Positions 51,543 to 64,000 of a stretch of DNA of 64,000 nt are shown here, in pieces. Source of the stretch: Epiperipatus broadwayi. Its lineage: Eukaryota > Animalia > Onychophora. How positions within the stretch are numbered: position 1 is the stretch's first letter; each line of letters opens with the position of its first letter. A program made the translations under genes and the position numbers. Below the pieces are notes generated by a model that did no database searches, was not told the origin of the DNA, and saw only the letters and a program-made list of their open reading frames with translations. The DNA lies in assembly GCA_028023455.1 (NCBI GenBank), contig JAQFVV010000006.1, positions 8,556,001 to 8,620,000 of the forward strand, in the 5' to 3' direction.

Positions 51543-52900
51543 AAATAATGTTGGAAGAATTTTTGGCAAACCAACTTTTGGATAAATTTCTCTTGTCACA
51601 TTTTCAATTTGATAAGAAGAAAAATATAACCTCCATTTTGTGCCCTAAGATGGTAAATCACATTCACACAGCTCAAAAGACTTTCATGTGGCCTTTTTTT
51701 ATTGTAATGTTGTAATCACAGAGCTCAACTTATGAATGAAATACCCTTTGGTCCATCAGGTAAGATGGAACATGAATCGTAGACAAAACTGTTTCTAGAA
51801 CAATATCCTTTTGTCCTTCAGATAAGACCATAGCCAAACATGTTTCTAGAACATTAGTCGTTAATTAATCTACAGAAAGCTATGCTTTTTAATTATGATG
51901 TACCAATAAGTCTTCTGGAATACCATAAAATTTATAGTGATAAATAGTACCACGTTGCCTTTTTACAATGATAATTTAAAATTAAAACATAAAGAAATGG
52001 AAATTCGTATTTTCTGGATTAGCATAGAAAATGAACAGTCATATATTGCAAGGAAAGCTTTAGTCATATTATTGCAATGTTCCTCTGTTTATTATGCAAA
52101 TTAGACTTTTTTGCACTTATTTCAAAATATCAAAAGACAAAAGCTGAAATCAGTGACAAGAAACCCTGCTAGATACATTGGATTCAAATTTTGCAGTAAT
52201 TATTTTAACTATTTATGAATTTTGCTTTCTGAATATATTATGTGGTTAAAATTATAAAGTAATAATATATATTATAAATTATTTATAATTAAATGGTCAA
52301 TAAATTATACATGTACAAAATGTATAAAGAAGTAAAGATGCCTAAAGAAAAAAAAATTTTTTTAATCTAATCTAGGCTCTTCATGTTTAAATGTTACACA
52401 GAATTCTATGTTAGTGACCAACATCACTATCGTATAAAGAATGAGCATTTTGAGTATCTATTGCAAAACTGTCTGACACTTAATTATTGTTTTATTTGAA
52501 TTCCTTTTTTAAAAAAAAAAAGTGATTTAGAACAGAAAAAGGTTTGGATACTCGTAAGCAATAAATCACAAAATTTCTAAATTTGATTTTATATGTCGTA
52601 AGATTTCATGTGATTGAGGTGGTACTACTATAACTTGTGGCAGTTATGATTATTTTATTTTGCAGTTATTTATCAAAAAATAATTATATTACCATCAACA
52701 TTGCTGGAAATAAACAAGAAGTCAGTATCTTTTGATTAGAATTATTGCTACGCAAAAGATTTCTCTCATGCCAGGTGTGAGGCTCACATACCAACAGGTA
52801 AATGTACAGTTTGCAGCTGTAAAGAATTTGATCAGTTTGGTAAAGCAGGAATTTTATGGTATCTGATTTGATTTTTAAAAAATGAATTGAAGTAAAAAAA

Positions 52901-53143
52901 TAATATAGGGTATATGAGCACCGACTTTCACACCCCCCACCTCTCTCCACTCTATCTAATAACACCGATACACCTAAACACATATATGCTGAAAAGATAA
53001 ATAATCACCAATATACGTATTTCAAGGTGTATCGGTGTTATTAGATAGAGTGGAGAGAGGTGGGTGGTGTGAAAGTTTGTGCTCATATACCCTATATTAC
53101 ATATATATAGCCACAGGTATATAACAAGCCTGTGTTTCAGTTA
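52901..53143. mobile_element. Fold-back (75-bp arms, 72/75, 49-bp spacer) with ~44-bp one-sided tail; PLE-like architecture
   Basis: 52901-52975 vs 53025-53099 reverse complementary; tail shared with 22650-22693. Confidence 0.75.
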
Positions 53144-53623
53144 TTGTAAAAAAAATAGTATTTTTTCAAAGCATATGCTTTTATGGGGTATCTGGAATTC
53201 TAATAACTGTTAAGATAGCATATTGGCCTGGAGGGATCTAGATTAGATTTAGTATCACAATATGTTTTTAACGATAATAAAAATAAAGATAAAATTAGGT
53301 CAGTTGTGTATTACTCTAATGTCTAAACTGAATTCGTATTATAGTTAATGAATGTGTAATAGAATTAATTTTTGTATACAATACTTAAGTTAATAAAATA
53401 TGGATTCAAGTTGTGAGCTTGGGCAGTTAACTGTAACTGCTTTGTGTTTATGTAAACTGCACAATTTAATTCAAATTTGCATGCTAGACTAAAGCAGAGC
53501 TATTGTACCAAGACTTTATTTATTTCATCTTTTAAAGTCATATTTTTTATTATTGTTTTTCTATGAGCATATTTTTGCGAAACAGCTTTCCATACACAAT
53601 AGCTATTATTTAAATACAAGTAT

Positions 53624-54129
53624 AGTGCTTTTGGTAGAAATAACTTGATACTAAAAGGAAATATGTCCCTGTGTTTGAAAAGGAATGTTTTTAATAAATG
53701 TGTTTTGCCAGTTCTTACTTATGGATCTGAGACTTGGACACTTAACAGAAGAGCAATACAGAGACTTCAGACCACTCAAAGAAGTATGGAAAGATGCATG
53801 TTGGGAGTAACAAGAAGAGATCGATAACTCAATGTATGTAAGAGAACAAACAGGTGTTACTGATCTCATTGAAAAAATTTAAAAGACTGAAATGGTGTTG
53901 GGCTGGACAAATTGCTAGAAGAGGTGATAATAGATGGACAATTGAAATTTTAAACTGAATTCCAAGAGATTGTAAAAGATCCAGAAAGAGACCTCATGTG
54001 AGATGGATGGATGAAATAAGAAAGTGTGCAGGGGTGATGTGGAGAAGAGAAGCTAAAGATAGGAAAAGGTGGATTGAACTTGGAGAGACCTTCATCCTGT
54101 AGTGAATTGATAATGGTTGATGATGATGA
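53624..54129 (+). mobile_element. 5'-truncated RTE LINE copy (RT C-terminus, in-frame stops, TGA tail)
   Basis: ILKGNMSLCLKRNVFNKCVLPVLTYGSETWTLN...; high similarity to 61089-61595. Confidence 0.95.
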
Positions 54130-54151
54130 GTGTCTATACTGAATTTAATGT

Positions 54152-54360
54152 AATTTAGAAGGGATTTGAACTTAGACTTTCAAGCTCTTTATAGCCATCC
54201 ATTCCATCTTATAAAACTGATACACATTCATGTGAAAAAATAAATGATCTCCAATATAACTATTTCATGCTGTATGTGGACATGTGTAACAGTTGCATAA
54301 GATGGAATGGATAACTGTAGGGAGCTTGAAAGTGAGTTCAAATCAAATCCTTTCTAAAAT
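54152..54360. repeat. Fold-back with ~60-bp arms carrying pol III A/B-box-like motifs
   Basis: 54152-54212 vs 54297-54360; GATGGAATGG ... GAGTTCAAATC. Confidence 0.75.
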
Positions 54361-56157
54361 GTGTATCATATATTAAAAATTGATTGAAAGAATATTAAAT
54401 TATATATGAAATCTGTCTTTGAAAATAATAGACTAGTGAGAATGAAATTAAAAACACAATAGTCTTCAGTTTTTTGTTTGATATATAAGAAATTTTCAAT
54501 TTTATTAAGTAGTAATAAAAGAAATGCTGTGTTTCCGATTGTGTACTCGTACTGATGAACAATAAAAGTACGTGATAGGATTAATTTAAGTTAGCCACAT
54601 AATATGTTACACTCATTTTATTGCAAATATTTCAGCATTTGAATAAATTTTAATAGGTTACGTAGTTATGTTTAGGATCTTTCAAATCAGTACTGCTTAT
54701 ACATATAGGAATCATAATGATGTTTATGACCTAATTCTATATATCTTGCCAGAAAAGTCATTTATTTGACAATTTGTGATGAATAGAAAGCATTGTCATT
54801 ATCATATTAGATCGTTGCCAAAGACTTAACCAATATAATTAACAAAGAAGTCCTGACGTAATGTAAGAAATTTACACCTCATCAGAATTTACAATATAAT
54901 AAATACTACAAAGAAAATAAAATTACTCTCATCATATATTATTTATATGTAATTTTGTGACCCACTCCCACCCATCATTACATGATATTTAAATTATGAT
55001 TTTATTTTTTTTTTGTACCTATAATCTGCCACTGTTATTTTGCAGATAATAAATTGATCGCCAAATTATTTTAACAGTATCTTTTACACATCGAAAGTTT
55101 TTTTTATTGTACAATTCATTTTTCTGCTGGTCTTCAGTTATCTTGATTACACTTGTGAAATATGTAAACAATACAATTAGAGATTTTATAACAATTATGT
55201 ATTAACATTAATAAGAAATATAATGTAGTAAATGAAAGACAAGAAATAACATGATTGTTATATAATTGATACTATGATACTTGCCATGATATTAAATATT
55301 GAGACAGTAGGGTTTAATATTTACTATAAATTTTTGCACATTACTCTAGGTTTCTATGATATCTTGTCATAATTACGTCTTCATCAGAGAAACATTATTT
55401 TTACCTAATTTCAGCATTTAAAAGTATTGGTTTTAATAGTTTTCAAACCTTCCTTGATTAGCTATTTTGCCAGGTATTAATATCACAACACTCTTTGTTA
55501 ACCACTCTCATTATAAGCACTCATATGTCAAGGTATGTCTGTACATTAACAAGTATTTCCTACTAAAGTAGAAGGTGAAATCAAAAAATAAAATAATTGA
55601 TAAAATTATTTGTGGAAACTAGTATAGTTTATTATAGACATAAAGCAAACTATTATAAGAAGAAAGAATATAATAGTCATTAGCAGAAGAGATTATGAAT
55701 CCATAAAGAAAAATATAAATATCAATTAGATTGGTCATTTATACATTAATGAAAAGTTATGCATTCTCTTCCAATACAAACATTTTTTGTGTTTATATAT
55801 CTACATAAGTATGCTGTGAATTGTAATTGACATTTCGTAATATGCATGAATGTATGTATCAAATGCATATGTTTCCTAATATTAAATTATTTTTTAGTGA
55901 TATTACTTTCAACTTGTCTTTGTATTAATATTATTTTCACTTAAGTTTATAAACAATTAGATATAACCCAAAACAATCTAGATAAGTATAAAGGTAATTC
56001 TCTACTATGCTCCTTTTTATTACCATTCATATGCATTCTTATTGACAATGAAGAAGATAATGAAACATCAAAAAGTTTTTATTTATTAATATGCAAATCA
56101 ATATTACGTAGATATTTTTATTTTACAATATAAATATATTAATTTTAATATATAATA

Positions 56158-56250
56158 AAGCCTTCTGGCATCCATTGATTACTCAGACTTGCACTGAGTG
56201 GCAATACTGTATGGGGAGTTTTGCCTGGTTTTTTAACTGTCACAGTTATG
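56158..56250 (+). mobile_element. Diverged 3' fragment of the 48.5/11.7 kb PLE family
   Basis: aagccttctggcatccattgattactc...gtggcaata.tgtat..ggagttttgcctg. Confidence 0.7.
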
Positions 56251-56889
56251 CAATATAAAACGACCAGGTCTGCATTCATAATATTTTGTAGAATTATTTT
56301 TACGTAAACAAAAAATAAATAAATCTGTTCATTCTCTACACTTTTTTTTTTTTTACTTTCATCAAAATCTATTTTTAAAAACACTTGCAACTTTATATTA
56401 GCTGATTTAGAGATAAACTACCCTTCACGCAGCTCTCTTCTCTACCCTTTTTTTTTTTACTTTCCTCTAAATCTAAACTTTGTATTAGCCGATTTAGAAA
56501 TAAATTACCCATCACTCAACTCTATTTGAAAAATTTTTATTTTACTACATAGTGGCGCAGTTCTATTTTTTTCCGGGGAAATAACAAAACTAAACAAAAG
56601 TCAAAATGAAAAAATGGCTCTCATATCAATTTGTCCACAACCCTTTAATAGTAATTTTTTTTTTAGTTTTCTTTTATCACTTATTTTTAAAATGTTATAG
56701 ACAATTTTTAAAAAAAGTATTAAATTGTTTTAATGGTTCTACTATTGATAAAATATGTTCTTTTCATTCATTCAAATTAAATTGTGATTGTTAAAAAAAG
56801 TTCATTTAACAGCGGTGATAATAAAATAATTATTCTTTTATTGATAAAATCTTTTTTGTGAAATAAAGTTAATAGTATAAAATTGCATG

Positions 56890-57084
56890 GTTTTGATCAA
56901 AAGTTGCATATAACTTATAAATAATTAACATGTATATATATATTTAACAATGTAAGTAAAATCCAACTTTGCTATTTCTTCTGTAATAGTTTCGATCAAA
57001 AGTTGCATATAACTTATAAATAAACATATATATATATATTTAACAATATAAGTAAAAACCAACTTTGCTATTTCTTCTGTAATA
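56890..57084. repeat. ~97-bp tandem duplication
   Basis: gatcaaaagttgcatataacttataaataa...caactttgctatttcttctgtaata twice. Confidence 0.9.
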
Positions 57085-59493
57085 TATCAGTCAAGCCAAT
57101 ATTGGCATCCAGAAGCTATCTTAGTTACTTTTTTCCACCCAATTTGTCTTAGTTATTATGTTAATGTAAGTTTTTTGGTTAATTATAGATTCCAACTATT
57201 GAGGAAAGTCATAAAAAAAAGTATGGAATTTTTATAAGAATACGGCATTTTTTCTATAAAATATTTTTCCAGGGACTGAGAAAAGAGGAATTTTTTTCTC
57301 AATTTGGTGTGCATATATTAAACAAAATATTATTTAAATAATCGCAATTCTTGTTAAAAATAGTAGTCTCTGAAAATCGAGATGGTAAATGTTGCCAAAT
57401 TATATGTAGATGAATTAACAATTTTTTATATATATTAATAAAAATCAAGATTCTGAAAATAATTTCAGTTAAAATTTAAAAAAAAAAAGAATATTTGAAA
57501 TTTTATTACAGTATTCATGATCTTGTTTTATCCCGGTTAGATGGCTGGCATTTAAAACTACAGGTTTGGGAAGTTCTGTAAAAATTCTCATTGTTTCGCA
57601 GAATTTTTTAAAAATTAAACATGCTGTATATTACTTATCATATACTATTAATCTTTTTTTATAATCAACTCTTAAGAATTTTAGTCCATTTTTTACATTT
57701 ATTGATTTTTTACTATGCAAGTATTATAATAAACAAGATCCAAGACATTTTTAAATCATTGGAATAAAATAATGTAAACCCATCTTTGTTGAGATATAAC
57801 TTTAGAATTTAAAAGTATTACAATTGTAAGGTATAAACTGATAAAATATTTTAACACAATTCTGTATCAAAATGAAACAAATGCACTTCAACTAAATAAT
57901 TTAATAGATAAAAATAAGAGATTTTTTAAAATAAATTTTAACTGATAATTAAAGAAAATGAAATTGAGGCTATATTGAAACTGTTAGACGGAAATTAAAT
58001 TAATATGATTAATTACAATTGGAAAACCAGAATTCTTGTGTATTTGCATGTTTTTAATTTTTGAATTATAAAATGTGTTAATAATGTAAGGGTTGGAGGA
58101 GGGGGGGTACCAGGGTATTCAAATTATGCAAAATGTTTAACAGGATTAAAGGGTTCATAGTTTAAATTGTAACCTTAGAGACCATTCTGGTTTTTTAATC
58201 CAATATTTTTTTCCAATTTACATTTGTTTTATTTGACTTAAGTCTTTTGCTGATATTACAAGTACTAATTCTAATTCGTATTTAATAAAAAAAAATTTAA
58301 TTGTATTTTATCTTTTTATAATTGAGTGTTTTGACTGTGGTTAACATGATGAATTAAAATGATCTAATTTTGATACATGTCAGTATAACTTTCTGTATTG
58401 TGAATTTTTATTATTATTATTATGATTAGGTATTTTGAAAATACTTGTTTATTTTTTTATTTTATTAAGTCAAAGAAATTCAGCTTACTAAACCTAAATA
58501 TAAAGGTTGGTGACCTCTTATGTCAATAACTTTTTTTACATAAACAAAATTCTTTATCTACATATATGGTTATTTAAAAATAATTCAAGGTTAGGATTTT
58601 TTTTTTTTGATTGTTTATATTTAATATAGAATTAAATATAGTAATGAAATGATATTGCTATAGAATAAAAAGTTAGTGGAATGCTTGAGATTAACAACCG
58701 TTTTTTCTTATACACTTTATTTCCCTCTAGGCTAATTTTAAACAGTTGTGCATAAAAAGTGTGTGAACACTTGATAATCATTCAAAAAGAAAAGTCATAG
58801 AGAAGTCAGGTTTTTAAATTGTATGCTTAGATAATGTCAGGGAAATGACCTGGAAATTTTATGCTCATTAATTTTTCCATCTGGTGGTAGTTTTGGTTTT
58901 TATTTCTCTGATGTATAGCTGCATCTTTTGTATGTTTCATGATGGCTTCTTTTTTTTTTAAAGTATAACTAGTGTACATTTATACCTAAAGGATCTAGTA
59001 ATTAAATATTGTACAGAACAATAAAAAAAAGTATTATATAGTGTTTTTTTGTTTTTATATATAGTGTATTTATAGTTTATATCTGAATTACTATAATCAT
59101 AGATGGTATCTTTTTTTGTTTGTTTGTTTCAAAGAAAAAAATATCTACAAATATTTCAGTTTAAAGAGGGAAAAAAATATGTATATATGGGACAGAGGAA
59201 AGGTGAATAATTGTGTGTAAATTTAAAAAATCAGATATATTAATCTTTAACTGAGGTTTAAAGTTTATATCTGTGCTAGAGATAATCTCTAGTTTCGAAA
59301 ATGATCAGTAATAATCATTAGTGTATTTATCTGAAATGGATGGTGTCAAAGTTGTGGATGGAGGGAGTTTGACAATGGTAAATGAAAATGTAACAATAGA
59401 TATTTCAGTTTAAAAAATTAATACAAAACCAATCAAAGAATACCACAGTAAATATTTTCAATAGCATACAGTGAATTAAACTACTAAAAACAT

Positions 59494-59837
59494 TTACAAT
59501 AAATTAGAAAACAAAAAATATATCTTCAATTTGTTTTTAAATGTATTAAAATTTTTTGCATTACTGTTGTAAAGATAAGTGCACCTATGGCACATAGTAT
59601 AAATGTACTTATTTCTGTGAAGTAGGCATTTGGAAAAGCCTATAATTGAACTTACAGTGGCATTCTTTTCCTGATAAATTTTTGTAATGTAAGATCGAGT
59701 GTATTGTAGGCTACTACACTCAAAGAATATATGTTTTTGGTTTTCTTCTGATCTGTGGCACAACTCACAGTGTCAATGTTAAGTATGTTTCTCTTATATC
59801 TTATGAAATATAATGTTGGTAATGTCCACATGTTCAT
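59494..59837 (-). mobile_element. L1/Tx1-type non-LTR retrotransposon C-terminal zinc-knuckle remnant
   Basis: LPTLYFIRY...C / CHRSEENQKHIFFEC across a frameshift fits LPT...C..C...E...H.FF.C. Confidence 0.55.
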
Positions 59838-60809
59838 TTTAAGTAGAAAATCAAAAAATTTGGGTTCTAAGCTTTAGCAAAGGTATTTTGTGTTTTTGTA
59901 AAATTTATCTGGTCATATTTTAAAATATGGAAAATAATTTTATCATTTTTTTTTTTTTTAATTTCTTAGAAAACAAATTCAGTGCTTCTCTAAAAATAGT
60001 GTTAAATATCTATATTTTATACTTCTCTATAACAAAATTTATTTTAACATTAAAGTTACCAAACTGTCTTTTTGTACCACCCCACCCCTCTTTTTTTTTT
60101 TAATCATAAACTGAAAGTTTAACTTGTTTACCACTAAAAATGCATACTGAAGGTAAACATTTGATTGAAAATATAAATTCCTCAATTTCACTTTAAATAA
60201 TGTAATGATACCATAAAATGCAACAAAGCTGAGAAAATACAGTTATCAACATGTAAAGAATTTAAATGCTTTTAAAGTTGTTAATTTAGCATATGGATTT
60301 TTTTTTTTTTTTTGATAGCTTTATTAACAAAATGCCACAGGAATAAATTTGCTAGGCTTTACTATGATGTTAATTCTGCTTCTTTACCTATAGATTCTGT
60401 AGTTTTTAAATGTGATTCATGGTTTTGTGTTTAATGTAAATATTTATTAATAAATTTCAAATTTTGACGTAGTTAAGTTTTAAAGCAAATATTTTGATGA
60501 TAGATTTATTATTTTCTCGATAAATATATAATTAAAATTGAAAACAAAAAAATTTATTTTCTTAGTTTATGCTACCGGTGTTTAAAAAAATGATACCAAT
60601 CGGCATTGAAATGTAATATGTGGGCATCATTTCTTCTCTAACAAAACATAAGTCAGTGCTATCATTTATTCTTTACGTCAGGGTTCAGCAAACTTTTTTA
60701 ACATGACTTGTTTTGTTTACCCCCCACCCCTTCAACCAGTAATAGAAACGCAAAGAAAAAAGTGAAAAATAGATTCCTAAAAAATATGATTTTCTGTTAA
60801 TTAGTTCAT

Positions 60810-61088
60810 TACCCTTGGCACCATATTGAATTTTTAAAAAACTGTCTCGAGAGACAATTTTCACAATAACTTCAGTCTTACTAATGCTAGAGCAAAAAGC
60901 TTTACATTGATAGAAACTAGAAAAACAAAGGAAAGCAATAAGGCTACGACAAATAATGATTAACATTAAAAAATAAGGGGAAAAAAGAAATTTCAACATC
61001 TGACATAATTATTACTTTTTTGTTTGTTCGTAATTTCTAATTTATCATTAACTAAGTTTAAATTAAATCTTCATTGATAATTTCTTTG
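60810..61088. repeat. Second copy of the 49980-50250 repeat, interrupted by the RTE
   Basis: Homology ends at gataatttctttgt exactly where the RTE tail begins. Confidence 0.8.
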
Positions 61089-64000
61089 TCATCATTATCA
61101 ACCATTATCAATCCACTGCAGGATGAAGGTCTCTCCAAGTTTAATCCACCTTCTCCGATCTTTAGCTTCTCTTCTCCACATCACCCCTACACATTTTCTT
61201 ATTTCATCCATCCATCTTACATGTGGTCTCCTTCTGGGTCTTTTACAATCTCTTGGAATCCAGTTTAAAATTTCAATTGTCCATCTATTATCATCTCTTC
61301 TAGCAATATGTCCAGCCCAACTCCACTTCAATCTTTTAATTTTTTCAATGAGGTCAGTAACACCTGTTTGTTCTCTTACCCATACATTGCGTTTTCGATC
61401 TCTTCTTGTTACTCCCAACATACATCTCTCCATACTTCTTTGAGTGGTCTGAAGTCTCTGTATTGATCTTCTATTAAGTGTCCAAGTCTCAGATCCATAA
61501 GTAAGAACTGGTAAAACACATTTGTTAAAAACCTTTCTTTTCAAACACATAGGCATATTTCCTTTTAATATCAAGTTATTTCTACCAAAAGCACTCCAAC
61601 CAAGTTTAATTCTATGATTAATTTCCTCTATTATGTTTCCATCTGTATTAATAATCTGACCAAGGTATTTGTAACTCTTAACTTCTTCTAATTCATCATA
61701 ATCAATCTTTATTTTCATATTTGGAGCAAATCGATTAAACATTACTTTAGTCTTTTTAACATTTATCTTTAGTCCTACTTTCCTACTTTCATCTGATAAC
61801 TCCTGCAACATTTCCTGCAGCTCGAAAGCATTATTTGCAAAAACAACTACATCATCTGCGAAATCTAAATGACTTAAATAATCTCCATTTACTTTCACTC
61901 CTTTAGTTTCCCATTTTAATCCACAAAATACTTCCTGCAGCACTGCTGTAAAAAGTTTTGGAGATATGGAGTCACCTTGTCTTACACCTTTCTCAATGTT
62001 GACTTTCCCAGTATCATTATGTAATCTAATTGTTGCTGTTGCATTTTTATAAATATTCTTTAAAATATGACAATATCCTGGATCTATACCTTGATGATCC
62101 AATGCTTTAATCACTGAAGAAATGTTTATAGAATCAAATGCCTTTTCATAATCTACAAATCCAAAACATAATGACAACTCATATTCATTTGTCCTTTCTA
62201 TAACTTCTCTCAATACTTGAATATGATCTACTGTACTAAAACCACTTTTAAATCCAGCTTGTTCTCTTGGTTGGTGAAAATCCAAGGTTCTCTGTAGACG
62301 AGTTGTAATTATCTTGGTAAAAATTTTATATAAAACTGATAAAAGGCTGATAGGTCTGTAATTTCTAATATCTTCTTTATCACTTTTTTTAAATATTAAT
62401 ATTATTACTGCATTCTTCCAATCATCCGGTACAGCTTTATCATTTAGACATTTGGTATGTAACTTTGCTAATATTTTTTCTGTTTCTTCACCTGCTTCTT
62501 TTAATATATCAATTATAATTCCATCATTACCTGGAGCCTTTCCTTTTTTCATACATTTAATTGCATTTCTCACTTCTTCATTTAAAATTCTGGGCAATTC
62601 GGAAGATGTAATAGATATAGGAGGTACTTGTTCTTTATTACTATATAATTCTTGATAAAAATCTTCTACCAATTTCATAATGTCATCCCTCTTTTTAGTA
62701 ATAATTCCATCTTTTTCCTTATTCAGATATAAATTTCCTACCAATACCAAAATATTGTTTTAATTCTTAAGACTTTATTTTCTTCTACACTTTTCTTGCT
62801 AGTTCACATTATACTTTCTTATATCATTTTCAACTCTTTTCGCACCATTTTACAAAATTCGAGATATTCAATTCTTTTTAATGCATCATTCTTGCATATC
62901 TTCATATTCCTTCTTTTCTTCATAAGTTCTCTAGTCTCAGTAGAAATTTTATTAGTCAATTGCTGCTTTTTTCTACCAGCTATCTTTGTTGCAGTTTTTA
63001 AAAGTGTATCAGTATTTTCATATTAATTTCATTCAAATCTGAATCATGTTCAAAATCTACTAACACTTGAAACCGATTTGTAAGTTCTAATTTAAATTCA
63101 TTAGAATGTTTCTGAAGATTAGGAATATCAACTGTAAATATTGTTTTTCTTAATAATTTTTGTCTCTCTAGTTTTACATTAACATGTATCTTACACCTTA
63201 CTAATCGATGATCACTTCCTGTGTTAAATTTATTAAGAACATTACAATCTTGAAATATGTATTTCCTGTTAGTCAAAATATAATCCAATTCTGCTGTACC
63301 TTCATTTGGATGCTTCCATGTCCATTTCCTTCTAACATTTTTCTCAAAAAAAGAATTCATAATATAAAGTTTTTCCTTCTCTGCAAACTCCACAAGTCTA
63401 TGTCCTCTCTCATTTCTATTACCATAACCAAAATTACCTACAACACTTTCATCTTTCATTTGTTTACCAATTCTAGCATTAAAATCTCCCATAACAATTT
63501 TAAAATGTTGTTTACTCTGATCAAAAGCCTTTTGTACATCCATATAAAAATCTTCTACTACTTCATCACTGTGAGAACTTATTGGGGCATAAACCTGAAT
63601 TATCTGCATTTGATATCTGCTATTAAGTTGTATAACTAATCTTGCCACTCTGTCCAATACACCATCAATCTCCACAATGTTGTTCTTCCATTTTTTATTT
63701 ATAATGAATCCTACTCCACTTGTATTTCAATATTTGTGCCTTTATAATAGAGCATATGTCCACTTTTTAAATCAATTGTCTCTTCACCTTTTCTTCTAAC
63801 TTCACAAAGTCCAATAATGTCCCATTTAATATAAGAAAGTTCTTCTTCTAATTCTTGCAATCTTCCTTCACTTGAAAGTGATCTGCAGTTGTAAGTACCT
63901 AAATAAAAAGTCGTCATCAAATGGCAGCCTGGGTCCGCCTCCAGGATATTCTTAGCACCCTCCGCCTTGGCCACCAACTGCCTTGGTTGGTGACTTTACA
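61089..64000 (-). mobile_element. Near-full-length RTE-clade LINE (APE endonuclease + reverse transcriptase), frameshifted; 5' end outside the window
   Basis: EN: GTYNCRSL, DIIGLCEVRR, VMGDFNA, LDYIL, SDH (63711-63977, 62998-63675). RT (61098-62750): KAPGNDG, YRPISLLS, DYEKAFDS, GVRQGDSISP, FADD, YKYLG, ending QWIDNG* with TGA-rich tail. The ORF is split in at least 3 pieces. Confidence 0.97.

Noticed and set aside
55340-55390. Minus-strand CTGATGAAGAC
   Set aside because: No stem II closure or GAAA at the right spacing
1441-60999. Remaining 60-119 aa ORFs in the track
   Set aside because: F/L/I/K-rich translations typical of AT-rich non-coding DNA; no motifs or supporting splice structure
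61074-63639. Plus-strand ORFs (61074, 61123, 62452, 62796, 63208) and 53651-53869 minus
   Set aside because: Antisense shadows of RTE coding sequence

Overview
AT-rich (roughly 25-28% GC by eye) animal genomic DNA, most likely an arthropod. The one host gene I can identify is MED13 (Mediator kinase-module subunit 13, skuld-like) on the + strand. Coding exons 1-3 lie at 14856-14924, 15290-15551 and 43199-43283, with a ~27.6 kb intron 2, and intron 3 runs off the window. A probable terminal exon of an unidentified upstream gene lies at 1074-1208. The rest is mostly transposon debris: a near-full-length frameshifted RTE-clade LINE plus 3 truncated copies, a decayed ZMYM1-type hAT transposase, hAT and Tc1/pogo MITEs, an L1/Tx1 remnant, a very short tRNA-Gly-like SINE with TSDs, and many Penelope-like element (PLE) fragments. 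The most unusual signal is a set of minimal type I hammerhead ribozyme (HHR) motifs tied to the PLEs. Four carry a variant core AUGAAUA (A3:U8 instead of C3:G8). Two of those face opposite ways in a 413-bp near-perfect palindrome ~2 kb upstream of MED13. Three others have the canonical CUGANGA core. Also notable: a 4-codon uORF whose stop overlaps the MED13 start (AUGA), and a hAT fragment that resembles mammalian MER30 as I recall it. All alignments and folds were done by eye; no searches were run.
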